A stretch of DNA of 64,000 nt. It comes from Nitrospirota bacterium. Lineage in GTDB: Bacteria; Nitrospirota; UBA9217. Below, piece after piece: positions 33,567 through 43,210 of this stretch. The stretch spans positions 32,001-96,000 of the forward strand of contig CAVUHW010000026.1 of assembly GCA_963741205.1 (NCBI GenBank), written 5' to 3'. A model generated the notes under the pieces. That model was given only the letters and a program-made list of their open reading frames with translations, was not told the origin of the DNA and made no database searches. Each line of letters opens with the position of its first letter. Positions within the stretch are counted from its first letter, which is position 1. A program made the position numbers and the translations under genes.

Positions 33567-34253
33567 CTATCCTTTTAATACCGTCAGTTTATCAAGGTCG
33601 GCCGACGCAAAGGCCCGCTTGATCTGGATCGCGAAGATCCCGATGATGATAACGCCCATCAGCAGGTCGAACAGGACCCCGAGTTCGATCATCGTCGGCA
33701 TGCCGAAAGTGAGCGAGAACCCCGCGAGAAAGAGGCCGTTCTCCATGAACAAGAGGCCGATGGCCTGTGTCAGCGCCTTCTTTCTCGTGATCATGATGAA
33801 CAGGCTGATGAGGATTACGGCAATGGATATCTGAAGCACATTCCTTGAGAACCCCGTCACGAAAATGCCGTCCTTGAGCGAAGCGTACACCACAGCGACG
33901 AGAATGCCGGATATAACCAGGGACAACGAGTTGCTGATGTAGGGCTGCACCTCGTGGGTCACCCGCATCTGCCGGACGATCCTGCGCAGGAAAAGCGGGA
34001 TGATGAGACCCTTGGTCGCAACGGTAAGCAGGGCGGCAATATAGAGGTGCGTTTCGCCGACCAGGACCGCGACCACGGCGATCAGGCTTGCCAGCAGCCA
34101 GGAATTGATCGTGTATGCCTTCACGTAGGACTCGATGCTCTTAAAGGCGTTCAGGGTTACGGCCGTCAACAAAATACCGACGGAGATAAAGTCGATTATC
34201 GAGAAAGCTTCAATCCAGTTTTTCAAGTCGTTTCGCTCCAATTCGGCGCTCAA
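33567..34253 (-). CDS. hyfE: Hyf/Ehr membrane subunit E, copy A
   Basis: GLLFMENG, GMPTMIELGVLFD; start uncertain. Confidence 0.85.
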   Translation of the reverse strand: MSAELERNDLKNWIEAFSIIDFISVGILLTAVTLNAFKSIESYVKAYTINSWLLASLIAVVAVLVGETHLYIAALLTVATKGLIIPLFLRRIVRQMRVTHEVQPYISNSLSLVISGILVAVVYASLKDGIFVTGFSRNVLQISIAVILISLFIMITRKKALTQAIGLLFMENGLFLAGFSLTFGMPTMIELGVLFDLLMGVIIIGIFAIQIKRAFASADLDKLTVLKG

Positions 34254-34263
34254 CGCGCGCGGC

Positions 34264-35181
34264 TCACTTCCCCATCATAATGTGCGTCAAAAGCGACAGG
34301 AATGCCAAAACAAACGCTCCGCCCAGAATGGACGGGAGTTGAAAGAACCGCATCTTTGCGCGCGTGGACTCGACGAGCGCCATCACAAAAGCCATGCAGA
34401 GCATCTTCGCGGCGTAGATGCCCGCGGACAGGGCAAGCCCCGCCGAAGCGCCTGCATGCTCGATGCCGAAGGGAAAGAAGATGTCCACGGCGAGCGTGAA
34501 CAGGACCATCTGTTTCACATAATGCGCCCATTCCATGAGCGCAAGATAGCGGCCCGAGTATTCCAGGACCATCCCCTCATGGATCATGGTCAGCTCGAGA
34601 TGGGTGTCGGGATTGTCCACGGGCACCCTGCCCGTCTCCGCGACGATCGCCACCATGAACGCCGACAGCGCCAGCAGGTGGGCCGGGGAATACGCTGCGC
34701 CCGGGGCCGCGGCGATGCGCGCGATGTTCGTGGTGCCGGCGGAAATGGCCGCGGTAAAAAGCGCGAGCATCATCATGGGCTCGACGAGGATCGCGACCGT
34801 CATTTCCCTGCTGCTCCCCTCGCCGCCGAAGGCGGTGCCCGCATCGAGCCCGGCGAGCGCCATGAAAAAACGGGCCAGGGCAAAGAGGTAAATGACCGCG
34901 ATCACGTCGCCCATCATGCCGTATGCCGATGCCGTGGAGAGCACCGGGACGATCGCGGCGGCGGCAGCCGTCGCGGTAAAGACGACGTAGGGCGTGGCCC
35001 TGAATATCCAGGACGTGACGGTGGAGACCACCATGTCCTTCTTGAACAGGCGCAGCAGGTCGTAGTAAGGCTGGAGCACGCCCGGCCCCACGCGGCCCTG
35101 CATGTTGGCCTTGAGTTTTTTGATCACCCCGTTCACGAGCGGAGAGAACAGGATGACTATGAGGAATTGGAAGTACTCCAT
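34264..35181 (-). CDS. hyfC: Hyf/Ehr NuoH-like subunit C, copy A
   Basis: AFGGEGSSRE, ETGRVPVDNPDTHLELTMIHE. Confidence 0.88.
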   Translation of the reverse strand: MEYFQFLIVILFSPLVNGVIKKLKANMQGRVGPGVLQPYYDLLRLFKKDMVVSTVTSWIFRATPYVVFTATAAAAAIVPVLSTASAYGMMGDVIAVIYLFALARFFMALAGLDAGTAFGGEGSSREMTVAILVEPMMMLALFTAAISAGTTNIARIAAAPGAAYSPAHLLALSAFMVAIVAETGRVPVDNPDTHLELTMIHEGMVLEYSGRYLALMEWAHYVKQMVLFTLAVDIFFPFGIEHAGASAGLALSAGIYAAKMLCMAFVMALVESTRAKMRFFQLPSILGGAFVLAFLSLLTHIMMGK

Positions 35182-35215
35182 TTTTTCTGTAAACTGGACC
35201 CTGACCCCTGTTTCC

Positions 35216-37207
35216 TTACGTCCCGAAAATCAAGAGCAGGATCAGGGTTATCAAAATATATCCCAGATAAAGCTGCAGACTCCCGGATTGCAAAAGTTTG
35301 ACCTTGCCGGCGACTGCGTCAATGAACCTGGTCACCGGCTCGTACACATACCGCTCGAAGAAAGGCGTGATGTCGCCGCCGTAGCGCAGGGAAGTTACAA
35401 AAAACGGCTTCAGCGCGTACTGCACCTTGATATCGCGACTGGGCAAATAGATTCTCTTGTAGATTATTCGCAGCGGTTTGGTAAAGGCCGTGGCCGTGTA
35501 CTGCATGCGGGGCGTCAATCCGGGGATGCCGCAGTCCCATGAATCGGCATAGGCGGTTTTTCTTTTCCCTCCGACAATCCTGATGAAAACGAGCGCGGCA
35601 AACAGCATCACAACCATAGTGATTAAGAGGGCGGCTGGTGACAGGGAAGCAGACGTCTGGCCGATGTTGAGAACGCCCTGGTTCTCCACCGCGGCAGCGG
35701 CGCCCGTGAGGACAGAGACAGCCGGAGAAAGGACCGACAGCGCCGGCCCCGGGAAGAGACCGAGGAGCAGGCAGGGCGCCGCGAGCAATCCCGCGCCGAG
35801 CAGCATGGAAGGCGATGCCTCTTGAGCGGTCCGGGCCTGCCCTGTTCTCGGCATGCCCAGGAATGAAATGCCGAAGGCCTTCACGAACCCGGCGGCGGCG
35901 ATGGCGCCGGTCAAGGCCAGGGCGGCGCCGCCGAGAGGAGACACGATCTTCGCGGTCACCGACGGCGACTGATAACCGAGGAGCAGCGACTGATAGGTAA
36001 GCCATTCGCTCACAAAACCGTTAAACGGCGGCAGCGCGCAGATCGAGAGCGAGCCCGCGAGGAAGAACAACCCGGTCAGGGGCATGCGTTTCAGAAGGCC
36101 CCCCATTTCCTCCATATTTCCCGAGCCCGTGCTGCGGATGATAGCTCCCGCGCCGAGGAAGAGGGCGCCCTTAAACAACGCGTGATTCAGCGCATGGAAC
36201 AAGGCCGCCGTGAGCGCAACCGAGGAGAGGACAGAGAGGCCGTTGCTCTTGAACATCATGGCTGCGCCGACGCCCAGGAGGATGATCCCGACGTTCTCAA
36301 TGCTCGAATAAGCGAGAAAAAGTTTGAGATTGTTCTCGATGAGGCCGTAGAGAATGCCGAGCAGGGCCGAGACCGCGCCGACCGTGATCACGGCGATCCC
36401 CCACCATTCCGGGCCCTGCCCCATGACGTCCATGCAGATCCTGATAATGCCGTAAATCCCCATCTTGACCATCAGGCCCGACATCAGCGCTGCCACGTGA
36501 GGCGGGGCTACGGGATAGGCCCGGGGGATCCAGGTATGGAGCGGGATGATTCCTGCCTTGGTGCCGAAGCCGATGACGGAGCAGATGAAAACGACGGATT
36601 TCACGTTCATCGCTACGCCGGACATGCCCGCCTTCATTCCTTCAAAATCCATCCTGCCCGTCGCCCGGTAGAGGATGAAGAACAGCGCGATGATGAAGGC
36701 CGTGCCGATGTGGGTCATCGCGGCGTAAAAGAGCCCGGCGCGTGAGGCCTTTTCGCTCCGATCGACGGTCACCAGGAAATAGGATGAGATCGCCATGGTT
36801 TCCCAGGCAAGAAGGAACGTGAAGAGGTTCGCGGACAGCACCACGGCGTAGAGACTCAGGATGAGGATATTATAGAAGAAACCCGGCGTGCCGGAGCAGT
36901 CCGGATCGCGTGCGGACCCGAGGCAGTAGACCGATACGGCCAGGGTGACGATCGAGATGATGATGACGAAGAAACCGGCAAGGGCGTCGCCGCGCAGCGC
37001 GAGCTCGAAGAACGATGATACGGGCTGGGCTTGATAGGATACAGGACCGCCAAAGGTGAGGGAAAAACCCAGGACCAGAAAGACGAGTGACCCGAGGAGG
37101 GAGAACAGGTACGCTGTGGTTGTGATTTTTTTTGCTGGTACGAGCGCGCTGAGCGCGCCAACTGCAAACAATATGATTCCCGAAAGAAGAAAATGTTCCG
37201 TTTCCAT
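35216..37207 (-). CDS. hyfB: Hyf/Ehr antiporter-like subunit B, copy A
   Basis: KAGIIPLHTWIPRAYP, AYSSIENVG, PPFNGFVSEW, WDCG...RMQYTAT. Confidence 0.88.
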   Translation of the reverse strand: METEHFLLSGIILFAVGALSALVPAKKITTTAYLFSLLGSLVFLVLGFSLTFGGPVSYQAQPVSSFFELALRGDALAGFFVIIISIVTLAVSVYCLGSARDPDCSGTPGFFYNILILSLYAVVLSANLFTFLLAWETMAISSYFLVTVDRSEKASRAGLFYAAMTHIGTAFIIALFFILYRATGRMDFEGMKAGMSGVAMNVKSVVFICSVIGFGTKAGIIPLHTWIPRAYPVAPPHVAALMSGLMVKMGIYGIIRICMDVMGQGPEWWGIAVITVGAVSALLGILYGLIENNLKLFLAYSSIENVGIILLGVGAAMMFKSNGLSVLSSVALTAALFHALNHALFKGALFLGAGAIIRSTGSGNMEEMGGLLKRMPLTGLFFLAGSLSICALPPFNGFVSEWLTYQSLLLGYQSPSVTAKIVSPLGGAALALTGAIAAAGFVKAFGISFLGMPRTGQARTAQEASPSMLLGAGLLAAPCLLLGLFPGPALSVLSPAVSVLTGAAAAVENQGVLNIGQTSASLSPAALLITMVVMLFAALVFIRIVGGKRKTAYADSWDCGIPGLTPRMQYTATAFTKPLRIIYKRIYLPSRDIKVQYALKPFFVTSLRYGGDITPFFERYVYEPVTRFIDAVAGKVKLLQSGSLQLYLGYILITLILLLIFGT

Positions 37208-37268
37208 CTAAAATAAATTCTCGCTCTGTCAAAAATCGGGCTCGGTAAAAACCGAGTTACGAGGCCGT

Positions 37269-37296
37269 AGTATATTCCATTGAGACATTTTGTCAA
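37269..37296 (-). promoter_or_regulatory. sigma70-type promoter for Ehr operon A
   Basis: TTGACA-16 nt-TATACT on the minus strand. Confidence 0.55.
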
Positions 37297-37408
37297 GAAA
37301 AAATTCGGGGAAGAGGTCGCTGCGCGGTCCGTCGTTTACTGTGTCACCGTTGGCCCTCGACGATACGAGCGTCGTTACTGTTGCCAAGGTCTTCGACAGT
37401 GTTCAAAT

Positions 37409-37435
37409 AAAAGGGGCGGCCTTTTGGCCGCCCTT
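37409..37435 (-). terminator. intrinsic terminator after the DUF1634 gene
   Basis: GGGCGGCC-AAAA-GGCCGCCC hairpin followed by CTTTTATTT. Confidence 0.75.
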
Positions 37436-37466
37436 GATGAGGGTAACATCTTGAGACCCATGGTAT

Positions 37467-37886
37467 TTAGTGACCGCCGACTTTTAGGAGGCCGCTCGCC
37501 GCGAGCGCCAGCACCAGGACTTCCACGATCGCGATGACCATATAGGGAGTGTCCTTCTTCCGCGCCAGGATCGGCAGGATGACGAGGTAGCACAGGATCG
37601 TAAGTCCCGCCAGGATCGCGATAGGCACGAAGTTCAGATAATCGCCCCTACCCACAAATGCAGTCCAGCCCCAGCCCGTGGGGGCATGGAGTACATGATT
37701 GAAATCATGGACCCTCATGGTCCAGTACTTCGGCAGGTCGTTGATCGGTACGAAGGTCGGGAGTACACCCGAAATGTACACAAAAAAGGTGATTACCAAA
37801 AGAGCGAGCCCGAACCACATGCCGATGCCCAGGATCCCTGCGTACGCCATCTGTTCTTCCGATGCCTTGGTTTTTTCGTTAGCCAT
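37467..37886 (-). CDS. DUF1634-like membrane protein (TauE partner)
   Basis: three to four TM segments, PTGWGW...GDYLNF; directly follows the TauE gene. Confidence 0.75.
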   Translation of the reverse strand: MANEKTKASEEQMAYAGILGIGMWFGLALLVITFFVYISGVLPTFVPINDLPKYWTMRVHDFNHVLHAPTGWGWTAFVGRGDYLNFVPIAILAGLTILCYLVILPILARKKDTPYMVIAIVEVLVLALAASGLLKVGGH

Positions 37887-37896
37887 TTTTTTTCTC

Positions 37897-38910
37897 CTAT
37901 TTCCAGATTTCGAGTCCCTTGAGGAGGGACCTGAGCCCCGCGAAGAGCAAGAGGCCGATAACCATCCACTTGATGGCCTTGGGCTTCGCCTTGGCGAGGA
38001 TCTTCACGCCCACGATGGACCCGAGCATGATGCCCACGAGGGACGGGACCACGATCATCGGGAGCACCGCGCCCTGGTTCAGGTAGACCCACGCCGCCGA
38101 CGTATCGGTGATGGAGAGCAGGAACTTGCTGGTGGCAACCGAGATTTTGAGCGGTGCGCCCATCAGCAGGTTCAACACCGGCACGTTCGCCCATCCGGCC
38201 CCGAGGCCGAACATGCCGGCCATGATGCCGATGATGATGAAGAGCGACAAACCCAGAGGTGTCTTATGGACGGTCCACTCCACGTCCTTGCCGAGCGACT
38301 CTTCCCGGTAGATGCCCATGATGCCGAGGCTCTGAGCGAGGTTGTCCGGCTTCGGTACAATGGGAAAATCCGACTTCTTTGCCGTCGCCATGATGATCAC
38401 AATGAACAGGATGGTCGCGCCCAGCAGCGTGTTGACCACGTTCGGTTTGAGGGCGAGGCCGATCATGGCGCCGACGATTGCAGCCGCCGACGCGATGAGC
38501 GCGACGGGCAGCGCCAACCGAAGACTCGCGAGGTTCCTTTTGAGCAGTCCCGGCCCCGCGGCAAGCGCTCCCGCGAGAGCGACGAGAAGACCGGCGCCTC
38601 TCACGAAGTCGATGTTAAACGGGAAAAATCCTCCCACGATCGGAACAAACAAAACGCCGCCGCCCACCCCTCCGAGCACGGCGAGGATGCCGAGGATGAA
38701 CGTGACGATGAACAATGCAAGAGGCCAGATCCACCAGGGTGTGCCGGAAACGGGGGTTGCGGGCGCCGTTCCATGCACCTCACCGTGCTCTTGCATCGGC
38801 GCCGGAGCTGCGGCGGGCGCAGCTTCCTGCGAGGCAACGGCAAAACCGGCCGGGAGTATGGCTGCCATGAGAAATACTACGATGATGACGCTGAAATATC
38901 GGTGTACCAT
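37897..38910 (-). CDS. TauE/SafE (TSUP) sulfite exporter family permease
   Basis: duplicated GxGGG motifs (LGGVGGGVLFVP; MFGLGAGWANVP), ATSKF. Confidence 0.88.
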   Translation of the reverse strand: MVHRYFSVIIVVFLMAAILPAGFAVASQEAAPAAAPAPMQEHGEVHGTAPATPVSGTPWWIWPLALFIVTFILGILAVLGGVGGGVLFVPIVGGFFPFNIDFVRGAGLLVALAGALAAGPGLLKRNLASLRLALPVALIASAAAIVGAMIGLALKPNVVNTLLGATILFIVIIMATAKKSDFPIVPKPDNLAQSLGIMGIYREESLGKDVEWTVHKTPLGLSLFIIIGIMAGMFGLGAGWANVPVLNLLMGAPLKISVATSKFLLSITDTSAAWVYLNQGAVLPMIVVPSLVGIMLGSIVGVKILAKAKPKAIKWMVIGLLLFAGLRSLLKGLEIWK

Positions 38911-39372
38911 TTCTTATCCTTCCCCCCTTTAGACTCTTCCAAGTGCTGTTGAGTGACGGTCCGATACACACTCGCTATTTCTGGATTTTCCATTGCATTA
39001 TGCACACGACGGGTTTCATTTTGCACAGCTGGTTATGTTATTATAATGACGGAGAAGTTGTCAAGAAAAAATGCTCGCCGAAACCATAAATTCATAATGG
39101 AAAGCTATAAGAATCACTTATGAAGAAAAAATAGGGCGGGATTTTGTCCTCCATGAAGGAGGAGTACAACAGGAGGAGAGTATTCTTATTGGATGACGCC
39201 GCCGATGACTGCGGGAGCGGCAGTTACCGATGGTTCCACCCCTCTTCCGCAACCGGGTCTGACCAGAGGGAAGAATCAGGCTGCGTGTAAGCGCTAAAGT
39301 CGGTCCCTGCCAGCGTGGAGCAGGCACCCGCAGTCGTGACGTTTGACTAGCAAAAAAATGCTCTGTCACTGC

Positions 39373-42300
39373 TCATTTCTTGTCAAAGACGTCGATAAAA
39401 ACGGACCTGACCTGTTTTCTGAGGCCTTCGTAATCGTTAAGAAGCTTTTGCCCCGCCGGCCCCCCGTCATCCGAGTACCCCAAGCGACGCGCAAGCAGAT
39501 GAAGCTTTCGCGGGTCCCTGCTCAGTTCGCTCGCCGCCTGGTTCGAGACGATCCTCATTCTGCTTTCGAGCTGCCGCAGGAACAGATAGGCCCGCGCCAG
39601 GACATGATATGACGCGTCATCGAGGAGATGCCGTCTCCTGAGCGCCTGGAGGGCGTTATAGGTTCCCGGTACCCCCACCCCCTTGTGCGCATTTCCGTGA
39701 AGCAGTTGCAGGTACTGGACAAGGAACTCGATGTCCACGATCCCGCCCGCGCCCTGCTTGATGTTGTAGCGGGCTCCGTCTTCTTTTCCCAGTTCGTCTT
39801 CCATCCTTTTACGCATAGCGAGGATGTCTCGGGCAAGAACAGACGGGTCCTGATCTTGAAAAACGAGGTCCTGCAGGGATGCGGTAAACTCGCGGCCTAC
39901 ATCCCGGTCCCCGGCAACGAACCGTGCGCGCAGCAGGGACTGAAACTCCCATGTTTCGGCCTGTGCGGCAAAATAGTCTTTAAACGCCTCGAGGCTCTGT
40001 ACCAACGGCCCCTTGGAACCCGTGGGCCGGAGCCTCGGGTCCACGCGGAACACGAACCCCTCCCGCGTCAGGGTGGACAGATAGGTGATCGTCTTTTCAG
40101 CCACCTTGCTGAAATATTCGAACGTGGACAGGCCGGCTCGCGGCGCCGCTCGTGTCCCGGAATAGAGGAAGAGAATGTCGAGGTCCGAACCGTACGTCAG
40201 TTCCCTCCCGCCGAGTTTGCCCATGCCGATGATTGCAAGACCCGAGGCGGTCCCGCGGCCGTCGAGGCGCTTGCCGGTTTCTTCCGCCGCCAGGTCGAGG
40301 GCTGCGCCGAGACAGACTTCCGCCAGCTTCGACAGGTCGCGCGAAACGGCCCTCAGCGGCGCATGGATGAGAAGGTCCGCCATCCCGAGACGGATCTCCT
40401 CCTGGTGTTTGAACCGCCTGAGGACATCGAGCTTTTCCGTGATGTCCCCGGCCCGCTCCAGGGCCCCTGCGAGCTCTTTCGCATACCTCCCGCTAGACCC
40501 CGGTACCGGAAGCCCTGCGGGACTCCAGGAGGTTTTGAAGCAGGACCGGCCTGCCCACGAGCATCCTCGAGAGGTATTCGCTGTTCGCGAAGATAGCAAC
40601 CAGGACCTTGAAGGCCGAGGCATCGAGCTTCACAAGTGACTGAAAGGATTCCCATGAGCCCTGCGCCGCAAGAAACGACTCGAGGTGGTTAAGCGCCATG
40701 TCGGGGTCAGGCGAGACGACGATCTCCTGGAACAGCGAAGGGAATATCTCGTTAAAGAGCTTGCGGCTGCGCGGCGTCTGATGGACAAAGGCCGGACCTT
40801 CCCGGAGCAGGAGCAGGTTCCGGTACGCCTTACCGGGGTCCCGGAACCCGAGCTTCCCAAAGAGCGAGACCGCCTCCTGCTCCGTCGTTTCCGGATCGAG
40901 CAGCCGTCCATAATCGCCCGCGGGTCCGCCTTTTGAAGCCTCTTCCCCCGTGAACGCGAAGAGCTCGTCATAGATGCGCCGGACCTTCTTCGTATGCTCG
41001 GCATGATCGCGGAGCAGCAGTTCCGCCTCTCTTCCCCGCTCGCGATATCCCGTTCGCCGCGCCAAGCGCGCGCAACCCCTCTTCGTCCGTGGGCATCGTC
41101 TGGGTCTGCAGGTCGTCGAGGATCTGGATGCGGTGCTCGACGGTCCGGAGGAATATATAGGCCTTGGCAAGGGCTTCGTGTTCCTCGTAGGTGATCAGGC
41201 CCTTCTGGGAAAGCGCATGGAGGGCCTTCAGGGCGTTCCTTTCACGCAAGGACCGGTCCCTCCCTCCGTACAGGAGCTGGAGCGCCTGGATCACGAACTC
41301 GATCTCCCTGATGCCGCCGTACCCGAGCTTGACGTCGCGGTGCGTCCTTCCCTTCTGCTCCACGTCCTTGTTGATCTTCTGCTTCATGTCGCGAATCTCG
41401 ACAATGGCGCCGTAATCGAGGTACTTTCGGTACACGAAGGGGGTTATCCGGTCCAGGAACTCCCTGCCCACACTTTCGTCGCCGGCCACGGGCCGCGCCT
41501 TGACGAGCGCCGCGCGTTCCCAGGTCTGGCCCCAGGACTCATAATAAATCTCGTAGCCGCCGAGGCTCTGCGCCAGCGGCCCCCCCTGCCCTTCCGGACG
41601 CAGGCGCAGGTCCACGCGGAACACGAAGCCGTCCTCGGTCTTCTCTCCGATCGCGGCGGAAATTTTTTCCGCGAGCTTGATGAAATATTGGTGGTTCGTG
41701 ATCCGGTTCGTAGCTGTCCCTTTGGCATGACCGGTCCCCTCGGTTTCCCCATCGGCGGCATAGACATACATGAGGTCCACGTCGGAGCTGAAGTTCAGTT
41801 CATGGCCGCCGAGCTTGCCCATGGCGATGACCGCAAAGCCCGCATACGATCGTGCCCCGCCTGGGCTTTCGATCACCGGCCTGCCGTACCGTCTCGTCAA
41901 CTCCGCGTCGGCCCGCTCATATGCCATCTGCAGGCAGACCTCGGCAAGGTCCGACAGCTCGGCCACGGTCTCCTGAAGCTCGGCCTTTCCGAGCAGGTCC
42001 CGCAGACCGATCCTGAGCAACTCGCGCTTTCGGAATATCCTCAGGATCCGGAAAAAAGCCCGCTCCTCCGGTTCGCCGTCCATCATGAGCGCGAGCCGTT
42101 CGCGCAGGGCGTCCTTCCCTGATGGGCGAGTAAGGTAGTCGGGGTCAACGAAGCAGGTCAGGCCCTCATCGGCGGAGGCGATCAGAAAAGTGGACAGGAA
42201 CCGGCTTGCGCCGAAGATGGTGATAAGATACCGCAGGATTTCATGGCCCCGGCAGAGCGATATGAACAGAGGGACATCGGAGAGGCTGCCGACGAACCGC

Positions 42301-42497
42301 TCGAGATGATTGAGGGCCATGTCGGGATCGGCGGACTGCGGCAGGTCGGTAAGGATTCCGGGAAGAAGAACGGCAAAACCATCGGCGCCAAGCGCGGCTG
42401 AGAGAAGCTCAAGATTTTTCCTGCCCTGTGCGGCATCCCGCACGCCGAGGTTCACAAGGTCTTCCGGTGTCGGCATTATCTGTTTGTCATCCGGCAT
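39373..42497 (-). CDS. glnE: bifunctional glutamine synthetase adenylyltransferase/adenylyl-removing enzyme (two frameshifts, near 41070 and 40510)
   Basis: two NTase domains: MGKLGGHELNFSSDVD/RVDLRLRPEG and MGKLGGRELTYGSDLD/RVDPRLRPTG. Confidence 0.92.
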
Positions 42498-42544
42498 GTT
42501 TTATATTATACTGGCAAGCATCCGGATAAACAAGCTATAGACGT

Positions 42545-42675
42545 CCTCCCCTTCAAGGGGAGGGATAGGGTGAGGATGGGTCAAAAAAGCGAATGATGAC
42601 CGGCTGTATAACCCATCCCCGCACCTCGATTAAATCATTCGAGGTTGCTCTAACCTACCCCTTGAAAGGGGAGGA
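42545..42675. repeat. palindromic repeat element (CCTCCCCTTCAAGGGGAGG...GGGTGAGG / CCCCTTGAAAGGGGAGG)
   Basis: two inverted hairpin units in the divergent glnE-paaI gap; related units occur inside the ACAD fusion gene. Confidence 0.65.
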
Positions 42676-42723
42676 AATATTTATCGCAGGATCATACGAC
42701 CTGAGAAGTTACAAAATACATTC

Positions 42724-43128
42724 ATGACCCGACTGCGCGATAACCAGCATTGCTACGTTTGCGGAAAAAAAAACCCCCCAGGTCTCGCCGTTGATTTCGC
42801 GATCGATTCGGCGGCACGAAAAATCAGTGCGACTTTCATGCCTTCCGAAGATCACCAGGGATACGAGAGCATCGTTCACGGCGGCATCCTCTCGTCCCTG
42901 CTCGACGAAGCCATGGCAAAGCTTGCCTATAGCCTTGGAATCCCCGCAGTGACCGCGGAGATTACGGTCAAGTTCAAGGCGCCCGCGGCGCCCGGAGACG
43001 AGCTGCGAGTCTCCGGCAGGCTCATTGAGGAGACAAAAAGACTGATCCTGGCCGAAGCCACGATAACAAGGGGGCCGGTCGTGATCGCGGAAGCGAAGGG
43101 GAAACTTTTAAGAATAGAGGAGACATGA
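42724..43128 (+). CDS. PaaI family thioesterase (hotdog fold)
   Basis: CYVCG..NP.GL and HGGILSSLLDEAM. Confidence 0.88.
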   Translation: MTRLRDNQHCYVCGKKNPPGLAVDFAIDSAARKISATFMPSEDHQGYESIVHGGILSSLLDEAMAKLAYSLGIPAVTAEITVKFKAPAAPGDELRVSGRLIEETKRLILAEATITRGPVVIAEAKGKLLRIEET

Positions 43129-43210
43129 GACAGAAGACAGGAGCAGAAATAGAAAAGGACATCATCCGATGTTTTCTTCTGTCTTCTGGCTTCTGGCATC
43201 TGATCCCTGC

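Noticed and set aside
39205-39312. Cobalamin or c-di-GMP riboswitch identity for the structured spacer
   Set aside because: Only short fragments resemble those motifs (CCGCAAC, GGGAAG, GTTACCGATGG). Core elements are missing, and no plus-strand gene follows.
39118-39369. 83-aa ORF downstream of glnE
   Set aside because: TTG start without RBS, no motif, and it overlaps the candidate structured RNA.
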